A DNA stretch of 63,864 nucleotides, counting the filler, from Octopus bimaculoides (lineage: Eukaryota), in assembly GCF_001194135.2 (NCBI RefSeq). It is 5 parts of 5 records of this genome, joined end to end, with 100 filler letters (N's around TTAATTAATTAA, not from the genome) between each part and the next. Parts side by side here need not be neighbours in the genome. Positions count along the whole stretch, not along the records: positions 49,177 to 57,844 come from NC_069001.1; positions 57,945 to 61,863 come from NW_026365845.1; positions 61,964 to 63,864 come from NW_026410091.1; 2 more parts are not named here. The stretch is one strand, 5' to 3'. This document shows, one piece after another, positions 54,700-63,864 of this stretch. Below the pieces are notes generated by a model. It made no database searches, had not been told where the DNA came from, and worked only from the letters and a program-made list of their open reading frames with translations. The translations under genes were made by a program, and so were the position numbers. Within the stretch, counting starts at the first letter, position 1, and every line of letters begins with the position of its first letter.

Positions 54700-54910
54700 A
54701 GAGAAGCTGTTGCTTTTAACGACATTCCTCTTTAATGCCGAAGGTATCAACCCAGCCATCAAAGCTCAAAAATGGAAAATACCCTACACTGAGGGACGGA
54801 TTGCAGCACACTCACATCCAATCCCTTTCTTTGTCCTGACTGAGACCCACCTAAACGAGTGTCATTCAGAAGCTGAACTGAAAATCAAAGACTTCACTGC
54901 CACTCGCGCT
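54700..54910 (+). mobile_element. LINE (CR1-like) APE endonuclease N-terminal fragment
   Basis: FLFNAEGINPAIKAQKWKI....IPFFVLTETHLNECHSEAELKIKDFTATRA contains the APE 'N..G' and 'LTETHL' motifs. Confidence 0.65.
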
Positions 54911-55358
54911 GAAGTGTTTGCGAGACGCGGTAAGACGAAAACGCCTCGACCAGTGGCAAAATGGAGAATGGTGGCTTCATCAGGACAATGCGCCTGTGCA
55001 TACTCCGCCTTGAGTATGAAACAGTTTTGGACCAAAAATGGCATGACCCCGCATATCCACGCTCCCTATTTACCAGACCTTGCTCTCTGCGACTCTTTTT
55101 TTGTTCTCCGAATGAAAAAAAGTCCTTAAAGGAAAACGTTTTGCAGATGTGAAAGAGATGAGGGAAAACACGACTGAGACGTTCAAAGGCATCACTTCCC
55201 AAGAGTTCCAGGAATGCTTCGGACTGTGGAAAACGCGTCTGGACCGATGCATTGCTTCAAATGGAGAATACTTTGAAGGTGATAAAGGTGTAAAACATGT
55301 AAAACTAAGTGAATAAAATGATATTGCAAAATTCCGGTTTCTTTTGGGTATCTCCTTA
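54910..55358 (+). mobile_element. Mariner transposon 3' portion
   Basis: WWLHQDNAP, APYLPDLALCD (YSPDLAP.D), KGKRFADV and RCIASNGEYFEGD, then a TIR-like AAATTCCGGTTTCTTTTGGGT before TA. Confidence 0.9.
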
Positions 55359-55380
55359 TATATGTATAAACATACATACA

Positions 55381-55415
<35 letters not shown>

Positions 55416-56440
55416 TCATTTATTTAAATCACCTCTACACTTCAAAAACTGTATTAAGTAATCCTCATAGACTTTCAAATAGACACGTGTGTGTGTGTGT
55501 GTGTGTAAGCTTATACATATGCAAATATATATTTGTATATATATATTTGTATATATATATATATATANNNNNNNNNNNNNNNNNNNNNNNNNNNNNNNNN
55601 NNNNNNNNNNNNNNNNNNNNNNNNNNNNNNNNNNNNNNNNNNNNNNNNNNNNNNNNNNNNNNNNNNNNNNNNNNNNNNNNNNNNNNNNNNNNNNNNNNNN
55701 NNNNNNNNNNNNNNNNNNNNNNNNNNNNNNNNNNNNNNNNNNNNNNNNNNNNNNNNNNNNNNNNNNNNNNNNNNNNNNNNNNNNNNNNNNNNNNNNNNNN
55801 NNNNNNNNNNNNNNNTATGTATGTATGTATGTATGTATGTATGTATGTACGTATGTATGTACGTATGTATGTATGTATGTATGTACGCATGTATGTACAC
55901 ATACATAAATAACCCCCCCCCCCCATACACTTATACACAGACAGATAACTATTTATCTTCCGGTAGTCACTCACGTGTTGATGTAAGGAAGAATTAAAGC
56001 TGCAGGCAATGTATATATACAATATGTAATGTACGTGTACATATAAGTGTGTGTGTATGTGTGTGTGTGTGTGTGTGTTTGTACGTATATATGTGTGTGT
56101 GTGTGTGTATGTGTATTCTAATGCAACATCGAGTTGTTAACAATTAACTGTTGTGTTCTCTTCGTCGAGTTCTCTTCTGTTGACTGATTTACCTCGAGGT
56201 AGTTAAGGTNNNNNNNNNNNNNNNNNNNNNNNNNNNNNNNNNNNNNNNNNNNNNNNNNNNNNNNNNNNNNNNNNNNNNNNNNNNNNNNNNNNNNNNNNNN
56301 NNNNNNNNNNNNNNNNNNNNNNNNNNNNNNNNNNNNNNNNNNNNNNNNNNNNNNNNNNNNNNNNNNNNNNNNNNNNNNNNNNNNNNNNNNNNNNNNNNNN
56401 NNNNNNNNNNNNNNNNNNNNNNNNNNNNNNNNNNNNNNNN

Positions 56441-56499
<59 letters not shown>

Positions 56500-56549
56500 T
56501 ACATACATACATACATACATACATACATACATACATACATAGCCAACCA

Positions 56550-56950
56550 GACTGACAGACAGTTACCTAGAAACAGTTGTAGTTTGACATATTGAGGGAA
56601 GAAATATTTCGATCAAATCCGTTTCATTATGGATGACATCACACTGATAGCATTGTGGACATCTAGTCTAGAGGTCAGTGGTTCGCAACCGTTATCGGCG
56701 CTGTGGTGTCTGTGACCAATATCCGTGGCACTCATCCGCCTAGCGTTAAACAGTCGCAACGATAAAGAACAGTCTACCAAGCCGTGTATAGGGACCACAG
56801 TGAAGTACAGTCTACCTGGCTGGAAAATGTCGAAGGCTGTCTTTTATCTTTTCATCCAAAAAAAGGGTTTTTCAATCCAATATTTACCTGATGTAATTTA
56901 TAGCTTTATGTGCTTAGAGATGCAATTCCCAAAACGAGTTCTACCACGTT
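56550..56950 (-). mobile_element. Possible decayed RTE LINE 3' fragment
   Basis: Frameshifted KIKDSLRH, similar to the 750-1235 fragment; also contains the hAT TIR-like CAGTGGTTCGCAACC at ~56677. Confidence 0.35.
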
Positions 56951-56985
56951 CTCTCGAAAGTTTATAAATTCTATTACGTCAACAA

Positions 56986-57044
<59 letters not shown>

Positions 57045-57378
57045 ATGCATGTATGTATGTATGTATATAAGTGTGTGTGTGTGAGACAGGCTTCTACACA
57101 GTTTCCGTCTACTAAATTCGACGAAATACCACTAAGCATCTCGTCCGGCGTGCAAAAACGATTCTGCCAGCTCGCCACCTTAATGATTTATTTATAATGA
57201 TCAAAAGCTCATTCAGCCTGCATTAAATCGACATTGTCTGAACAGGTGCACAGTCTACCAACGAGTCAGGTGTCGAAGTGAAAGTGGAGCAAAGTAAGGT
57301 TTAGTGCTTTCGCTCAAGAACAGAACGCACCACCCGGTCTAGGAATTGAAACCACGATCTCGCGATACTAGCCATGCG

Positions 57379-57453
<75 letters not shown>

Positions 57454-57454
<1 letters not shown>

Positions 57455-57625
57455 GGCGCAGGAGTGGCTGTGTGGTAAATAGCTTGCCTACCAACCACAT
57501 GGTTCTGGGTTCACTGCGTGACACCTTGGGCAAGTGTCTTGTACTATAGCCTCGGGCCGACTAAAGCCTTGTGAGTGGATTTGGTAGACGGAAACTGGAA
57601 GAAGCCCGTCGTATATATGTATATA
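57454..57625 (+). mobile_element. SINE family A 5' half after (AAT)n
   Basis: Near-identical to 61675-61860. Confidence 0.9.
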
Positions 57626-57844
57626 TCTATATATATAAAAATGAGAATGTGTGTCTGTCTGTCTGTCTGTGTGAATCCCTAAAACTCGAGAACTACGCAA
57701 CCAATTTCATTCAAATTTTACACATGCCTTACTTAGGGTTCCAGTTGTGTTTTAGTCAAAAAAAATTATTAACTTCTTGCAGAGTTCGAGCACACGGCAA
57801 CATAATATCTCCTTCACTATTTAAGTATTACGTGTCAAAAGTGA
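57626..57844 (+). mobile_element. Helitron 5' end inserted in the SINE's TA tract, truncated by a gap
   Basis: A|TCTATATATATAAAAATGAGAATGTGTGTCTGTCTG; A-T target and TC start as in Helitrons. Confidence 0.6.
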
Positions 57845-58234
57845 NNNNNNNNNNNNNNNNNNNNNNNNNNNNNNNNNNNNNNNNNNNNTTAATTAATTAA
57901 NNNNNNNNNNNNNNNNNNNNNNNNNNNNNNNNNNNNNNNNNNNNTATATATATATTAGGAAACCCAGTGTAATATTATATTAGCCTTCATCAATGGGAAA
58001 CGCCAAAGGGAGATAACTCTGGGAATATTCAAAGCCATAGTTTTATTAAAAGAACAGCCACTTTCAGTGACTGAGTTGTGCTAGTGAACTTCCTGGTCGG
58101 AATAAAAAAATATAAGTAAATAAAGAAAACAAAATAGTGACTAAAAGCTCAGAGTTAAGAGATAGAAATAGAAGAGAAATTTGAAAAGACAGTATTTAGT
58201 TTGAAAGGAGGAAAAGGTTTGTAAATCCATTTAC

Positions 58235-58273
58235 CATTTTGGGTAATTTCATAAGTTTCTGCTTTGGTGAAAG
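58235..58273 (-). CDS. 39-nt phase 1-1 exon (xFTKAETYEITQNx), paralog of the 61177-61227 exon
   Basis: Strong acceptor ttttactttcatcttttacag| and donor G|gtaaat; the flanking introns are homologous to 60690-61290. Confidence 0.7.
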
Positions 58274-58324
58274 CTGTAAAAGATGAAAGTAAAAAGCTTT
58301 GATCAACAGAATTTGATTAGTTTA

Positions 58325-58480
58325 TTGGGCTATAGCTCTCTTGCTTTCTGCAATTTTCTTTACCTGGTCCAGAAGTTTAATGCCTCTATAATTGCTTCTC
58401 AGGCACTTCCTTTACCTTTGTAGCAGCTAACAATAATGCTGCTAAGCCAGTCACTGGGTATTATGCCAAGTCGCCCTTTC
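58325..58480 (-). mobile_element. RTE-like LINE RT fragment
   Basis: IPSDWLSSIIVSCYKGKG..NYRGIKLLDQVKKI (with a frameshift). Confidence 0.7.
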
Positions 58481-58719
58481 TTTTTTTACATAGGTCATCT
58501 TATGTTTTTTCCATACCGTGGAATTTTCACGGGTCCCACGAATAATATATTATTGTGACAGGAAGTGAAATAATTTCAAATAATGAAAACTGAAATGCAA
58601 GTATCCTTTCTTTCTGAAATAATCTTTTTGTTCTGTGGAATTTCCATGGTTCCCACTAATTGTTAATTATTATTTAATCATTGTAACATAAATAGTATCA
58701 AATTATTATTATTATTATG

Positions 58720-59067
58720 TTGTTTTTTTTTTCTTCTTTCTTCAAATTTTCTTCCATTTCTCGCTGAGTGTTTTCCGTACACCTAGGGCAGAGAAACTCG
58801 TTGTATGCATTCCCAGTTTACACACGCAAATTCACAGGTAAAACCTGTATTTAAGAAAAAAAAAAAGAAAAAAAATTCATGAATGGATGTTGTTTTCACA
58901 GCGATAATGCTCTTCTCAGTACATGAGTCGTTCCAGTCAGCGCGAGTTTCTGCACTTCCTGTAGGGATGGTAAGCCTGGTATCATTTTCAAATAGGTTTC
59001 AGTACCTTTTTTTATCATTCCTAGAGATCCTACAATCACTGGTATGGTAGTCGCCTTGAGGTCCCAC
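58720..59067 (-). mobile_element. 5'-truncated R4/Dong-like retrotransposon in a (TAA)n intronic tract
   Basis: WDLKATTIPVIVGSLGMIKKGTETYLKMIPGLPSLQEVQKLALTGTTHVLRRALSL*; AATTATTATTAT on both sides (58701, 59068). Confidence 0.85.
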
Positions 59068-59074
59068 AATTATT

Positions 59075-59107
<33 letters not shown>

Positions 59108-59139
59108 GTTGTTGTTGTTATAATAAATCATTTCCTTAC

Positions 59140-59388
59140 CATTTGTCTTCAAATCAAATTTTCCAAAGTTGTTGTTGTTGTCATAAAATGTCCAAGACAA
59201 ACATTCATTCGTAACGTCTCGAATCCAAAGAGTGGAATCATTCCCACTCTGGGTCACTTGAAATTCAGTGGTGCTAGTGCACGTCTTGTCGCATTCGTAT
59301 GTATAATTTTTACATTTCCACTCCACTGGTCTTTCCATATTTGGGAAATCAATGTGGAGGGTGGTGTTTCTTCCAAGCACAACTTTTT
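59140..59388 (-). CDS. 249-nt phase 1-1 exon encoding a divergent Ig-like domain
   Basis: tttctttatttcag|AAAAAGTT...ACAAATG|gtaagg. It encodes KVVLGRNTTLHIDFPNMERPVEWKCKNYTYECDKTCTSTTEFQVTQSGNDSTLWIRDVTNECLSWTFYDNNNNFGKFDLKTN, with V.LG.N.TL, C-strand EW and STL.I.DV motifs, 4 Cys and N-glycosylation sequons (NTT, NYT, NDS). The Ig fold call is inference. Confidence 0.85.
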
Positions 59389-59405
59389 CTGAAATAAAGA
59401 AATCA

Positions 59406-59665
59406 GGTAAGAAGTTTACTTCCTAATCTCATGGTTCTGGTTTCAGTCCCACTACACGGCACCTTGGGCAAGTGTCTTCTACTATAGCCTCGGCCTGACC
59501 CGTTCTGGTGTGTCTATGTCCCTATAACTTAGTGGCTCTGGAAAAGAGACCAACAGAATAAGTACCAGTCTTAAAATAAGTACTGGGGATGGTTCATTCA
59601 ACTAACAATTCTTCAGTGTGGTGCCCCAGCATGGCCGCAGTTTAATGGCTGAAACAAGTGAAAAA
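59406..59665 (+). mobile_element. Degenerate, internally deleted SINE family A
   Basis: Head (ggcaccttgggcaagtgtcttctactatagcctcgg) joined directly to the 3' body. Confidence 0.75.
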
Positions 59666-60761
59666 TCATCATTGCTATAATGCCTACTTTTCCATGCTTG
59701 AATGGATCAGAGTTCTTTATTTTCAACAGTAGGATGATCTCACTGTCACCAACGCAAGACTATGATATTCCAGTCTATAGAATAACTAACAGCTCAGACA
59801 TGTTTTATGCTGAGAACTGAGAACAAATGACACCGTATAAACGAGCCTTTTGTTTACTAACATTGTGCAACACGCAACACCTCAAGCAGCCCAGACATGC
59901 TTTTGTGGTGGACTTCAAGCAAATGACATCACTGGCAAAACCGTTGATTACAAACCAGCAGATGCAAGGGAATTAACGACATCACACACACATAACGATC
60001 GATAACGACATGATCGACCGGCACCAATGATTTGTTTATATTGATCACCTGTATGTGCTGTACATTAGATCACTCTCTCCATGAAACTGATGTTACCTGA
60101 ACAGGTGTTGTATTCCTCTCGGGAGACTCGCAGAGAAAAGACGAGTTGTACAATTTAATTATTACATTTATTATTTAATTACATACAAAGAACGCACTCA
60201 CCAAAATGTTCGTAATTAATAAACAAGAATCATGTCCTCGCCATATTGTATCAATAATATTTTACTACCACAGTCATTCAAAACAACAACGAAAACAAGG
60301 AACTCAGACGAACCACATTGAAACACAGGACTTCAGATGAACAAACAAACAAACAATCCATATAACAAAAGGTGTGTGGTGTACCTCACATTAGCTATTG
60401 AAGTGATTGCAGAGAAGTGTCTTGCTTAAGAACACAATGTCCCAACCAGTCCAGGAATTGAAAGACCCCGATCTCTCGATCAGATGTGCAACACCCAAAC
60501 CACTGATCCTATAATTAACATACATCCCTACATAAAATAACCGTCTAAGGGTTAATCGATGAAATATTTTGTGTACTGTAAAACTATAACCAATTAATTG
60601 TAAATTAATTGTAAACAACTATATGAACCCTCAACCACTGCTCTAGTGGACCCGCCGATTTGTATTTCTGGCTCTTTAGTCTTTCTCAATGGGAAACTCC
60701 AAAGAAAAAACACGCTGGGCGAATTTAAAGCTGTAGTTTTATCTTAGGAACAGTCACTCTT

Positions 60762-60993
60762 ATTTCTTTATTGCCCACAGGGGGCTAAACATAGAGGGGA
60801 CAAACAAGGACAGACAAAGGTATTAAGTCGATTACATCGACACCAGTGCGCAACTGGTACTTAATTTATCGACCCCGAAAGGATGAAGGGCAAAGTCGAC
60901 CTCGGCGGAATTTGAACTCAGAACGTAGCGGCAGGCGAAATACCGCTAAACATTTCGTCCGGCATGCCAACGTTTCTGCCAGCTCGCCGCCTT
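60762..60993 (-). mobile_element. Full-length SINE family B with 15-bp target-site duplication
   Basis: GGAACAGTCACTCTT at 60747-60761 and 60994-61008; the paralogous site near 58048 is empty. Confidence 0.95.
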
Positions 60994-61176
60994 GGAACAG
61001 TCACTCTTGGTGACTGAGTTGCGCTAATGCCTGATCGGAATAATAATTTTGAAAGAAATAATAAAATAAATAAACAGTGATTAAGAATTATGAGTTAAGA
61101 GAAAGAAAAAGAAGACAGAATTGAAAAGACAGTGTCTAGTTGAAAAGGGGAAAAAAAGGTTTGTGAATCCATTTAC

Positions 61177-61227
61177 CAGTTTGGAAGATTCTATAAACTG
61201 GTACGCTTGTTTCTGCATTAGCCAAAC
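61177..61227 (-). CDS. 51-nt phase 1-1 exon (xLANAETSVPVYRIFQTx), probable signal-peptide end and mature N-terminus
   Basis: Acceptor tttttgttttcatcttttacag| and donor G|gtaaat; splices in frame to 59388 (..IFQT-E-KVVLG). Confidence 0.8.
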
Positions 61228-61674
61228 CTGTAAAAGATGAAAACAAAAATTCTTGACTTTCAGATTATACATTTGATCAACAGGTTGATTACTATTTCTC
61301 TTGCAATAATTAAATATTAATTAATACTTGTAGATATAATTACACATTATATACAGTGGCAGTCTGAGTGCAGGCATTGAAAACATGGCTCCCTGTTCAA
61401 CCATTACCTCTGCTGCACATACATCACGCTTTTGGGATCCCCTTTCAAAAATTCAACAAATAATCTCGGTGAAAATTCTTTGTTTGATTCTTGCTTGGGT
61501 TAGTCAAACTTTATTGGGGAAAATGAATGAATACAATTTTTGTAAACGTTCAGGGTTTACAGCTCAGGTATTTCGTAATTTGTGTTTCTGTCTCATACGT
61601 CACACGGCAATGGATCAGATGCCAAAATAATGATAGTGATGATGATGATGATACAAGCACTGTTGTAATATGTT

Positions 61675-61863
61675 AAGCGTAGGAGTGGCTGTGTGGTAAG
61701 TAGCTTGATTACCAACCACATGGCTCCGGGTTCAGTCCCACTGCGTGGCACCTTGGGCAAGTGTCTTCTACTATAGCCTCGGGCCGACCAAAGCCTTGTG
61801 AGTGGATTTGGTAGACGGAAACTGAAAGAAGCCCGTCGTATATATGTATGTATGTATATATAT
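61675..61863 (+). mobile_element. SINE family A 5' half (young copy), cut by a gap
   Basis: GGAGTGGCTGTGTGGTAAG A box and GGGTTCAGTCCC B box. Confidence 0.9.
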
Positions 61864-62065
61864 NNNNNNNNNNNNNNNNNNNNNNNNNNNNNNNNNNNNN
61901 NNNNNNNTTAATTAATTAANNNNNNNNNNNNNNNNNNNNNNNNNNNNNNNNNNNNNNNNNNNNTTGGGCGTGCACCTGGGGAGGGGGCTTATGTTAGAGT
62001 ATGTTGAGCTGTATGTTGAGTTTTGGATTTGTCGAAGATCTGCAATTCTAAGTATACACACACAC

Positions 62066-62108
62066 ATAGAGATGTGCACAAAACCAGTCCCAAAAACCAG
62101 TGAACCAT
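62066..62108 (-). CDS. Tentative first exon (signal peptide MVHWFLGLVLCTSL) of the Ig-like gene
   Basis: A phase-1 join to 61227 gives MVHWFLGLVLCTSLCLANA/ETS. The donor (T|gtgtgt) is weak and an artificial assembly spacer lies in between. Confidence 0.3.
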
Positions 62109-62918
62109 GACGGACTGTCACAGACCAACCAAAAATAAAAAAAATCCTCTTTAACTCTTCTTCCCTCCCACCCCAGCTAGCCAGTCATACTGTCTCTTAA
62201 GACAGTAAAACATTCCCTCAATATACACAAGAGAAAAAGGCCAGGTCAGTTCCTCCTCAATTTTATTCGATTGTCAAAGAATATGTATAAGAATATATAT
62301 ATGTATTTTTCCATGTGTGTATTTTCATACACTGTTTTTAACAATTTCACCTTAATATCAGAGAATGTGTGACAATCAGTATGTAACACTACAAAGTTCA
62401 TANNNNNNNNNNNNNNNNNNNNNNNNNNNNNNNNNNNNNNNNNNNNNNNNNNNNNNNNNNNNNNNNNNNNNNNNNNNNNNNNNNNNNNNNNNNNNNNNNN
62501 NNNNNNNNNNNNNNNNNNNNNNNNNNNNNNNNNNNNNNNNNNNNNNNNNNNNNNNNNNNNNNNNNNNNNNNNNNNNNNNNNNNNNNNNNNNNNNNNNNNN
62601 NNNNNNNNNNNNNNNNNNNNNNNNNNNNNNNNNNNNNNNNNNNNNNNNNNNNNNNNNNNNNNNNNNNNNNNNNNNNNNNNNNNNNNNNNNNNNNNNNNNN
62701 NNNNNNNNNNNNNNNNNNNNNNNNNNNNNNNNNNNNNNNNNNNNNNNNNNNNNNNNNNNNNNNNNNNNNNNNNNNNNNNNNNNNNNNNNNNNNNNNNNNN
62801 NNNNNNNNNNNNNNNNNNNNNNNNNNNNNNNNNNNNNNNNNNNNNNNNNNNNNNNNNNNNNNNNNNNNNNNNNNNNNNNNNNNNNNNNNNNNNNNNNNNN
62901 NNNNNNNNNNNNNNNNNN

Positions 62919-63864
62919 ACTACTTCTGTGTCATCGGCAAAGCTAGTATCTGTGACAGTATGTGTAACTGGTGGCATTTCTGAAAGAACCACCATAAACA
63001 GCAGTGGTCTAAATACAATTACCTGATGCAATACCCTCTCCACTGCTGTCTCCTCGGAGAGGGTTCTATTGGGGGCCACAGCCTGATTTCTGTATTTTAA
63101 GAAATCATGCAACTACTCTCTCAGTTTTTCGGCTGTACCGAGTGTCCGTGGTTTGTAACATATCATACCATGATCAACCTTATCAAAGGCCTTGGTCAAA
63201 TTGAAATATATCGCATTCACGTTTGAGTGATTCCTTAATTGTTTCAACACTCATTCATAATACTGCGAAAGCTGTGTAGGGCAGATTAATCTAGAACGGA
63301 ACACATGCTGGATATCAGGAAGCAAGTCATTAACATTAAGGAACGCAATTAGTCTCCTCCTGACAAAGCATTCCATGACTTTGCTGACATGGGAATTTAG
63401 AGTGACAGGCCTATAAATTTTAGCATCTGCTCTGCTAACTCCCTTATGGAATGGACATTTTGGTAAGTCTCACAATTTCAAGGAATATCTGGAAGAAAAT
63501 ATGAAGCAGTCTTGATAGAGACCCTTTGGATTTCTTTAGTCTGTGGCTGAGTTTGATCTCATTTCATCAACTGCTCATATTACATCGGTTTTCTCTATTA
63601 TGTTGCCATCAATAATTGCTATTTCTTCATGCAAAACTACAGTGCCGAAGAACTCATCAGGCAGAGTCACTTGCAAGTTCTCTAATGGAGTGTTGAAAAC
63701 ACTCTTGTATTGCACTTTCAGTATTTCACTGGACCTTTTTGTCCATGTTGTAATCAACCTTTCTGGAAAAAAATGGCCTAATTATTCAAAGAGAAAACGT
63801 AACACAATTAGACAGAACGAAAAACGGGCTTGAAAGTCATACATAAAGTCAAACTAATTTAACG
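62919..63864 (-). mobile_element. CR1-type LINE reverse transcriptase region, degenerate
   Basis: YRPVTLNSHVSKVME, IYFNLTKAFDKVDHG, PLLFMVVL and SFADDT, with stops; continues past the window edge. Confidence 0.9.

Noticed and set aside
60202-60244. Minus-strand ATG exon with strong G|GTGAGT donor as first exon of the Ig gene
   Set aside because: In-frame TGA at codon 5, not signal-like, and it lies downstream of the 61177 exon.

Overview
Eukaryotic, gene-poor, gap-rich draft-assembly window dominated by microsatellites and decayed transposons. The microsatellite density and tRNA-derived SINE families suggest a coleoid cephalopod, probably Octopus (inference, not verified). Most ORFs in the supplied track are artefacts of microsatellites or N-runs. 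Recognisable mobile DNA includes Helitrons, Penelope-like elements, L1/Tx1, CR1, RTE and R4/Dong LINE fragments, Tc1 and mariner fragments, MITEs and several SINE families. The only well-supported host coding sequence is a set of minus-strand phase-1 exons at 58.2-61.2 kb encoding a probably secreted, divergent Ig-like protein, with a duplicated short exon. Most notable are two type I hammerhead ribozyme motifs read directly from the sequence. One (3122-3170, -) lies in a Penelope-like 3' region. The other (27342-27384, +) sits at the apex of a 358-bp element bounded by 83-bp inverted repeats, predicting a rod-like self-cleaving RNA. No prokaryotic system, CRISPR array, rRNA or intact tRNA gene is seen. 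Boundaries of decayed repeats are approximate and no database searches were run.
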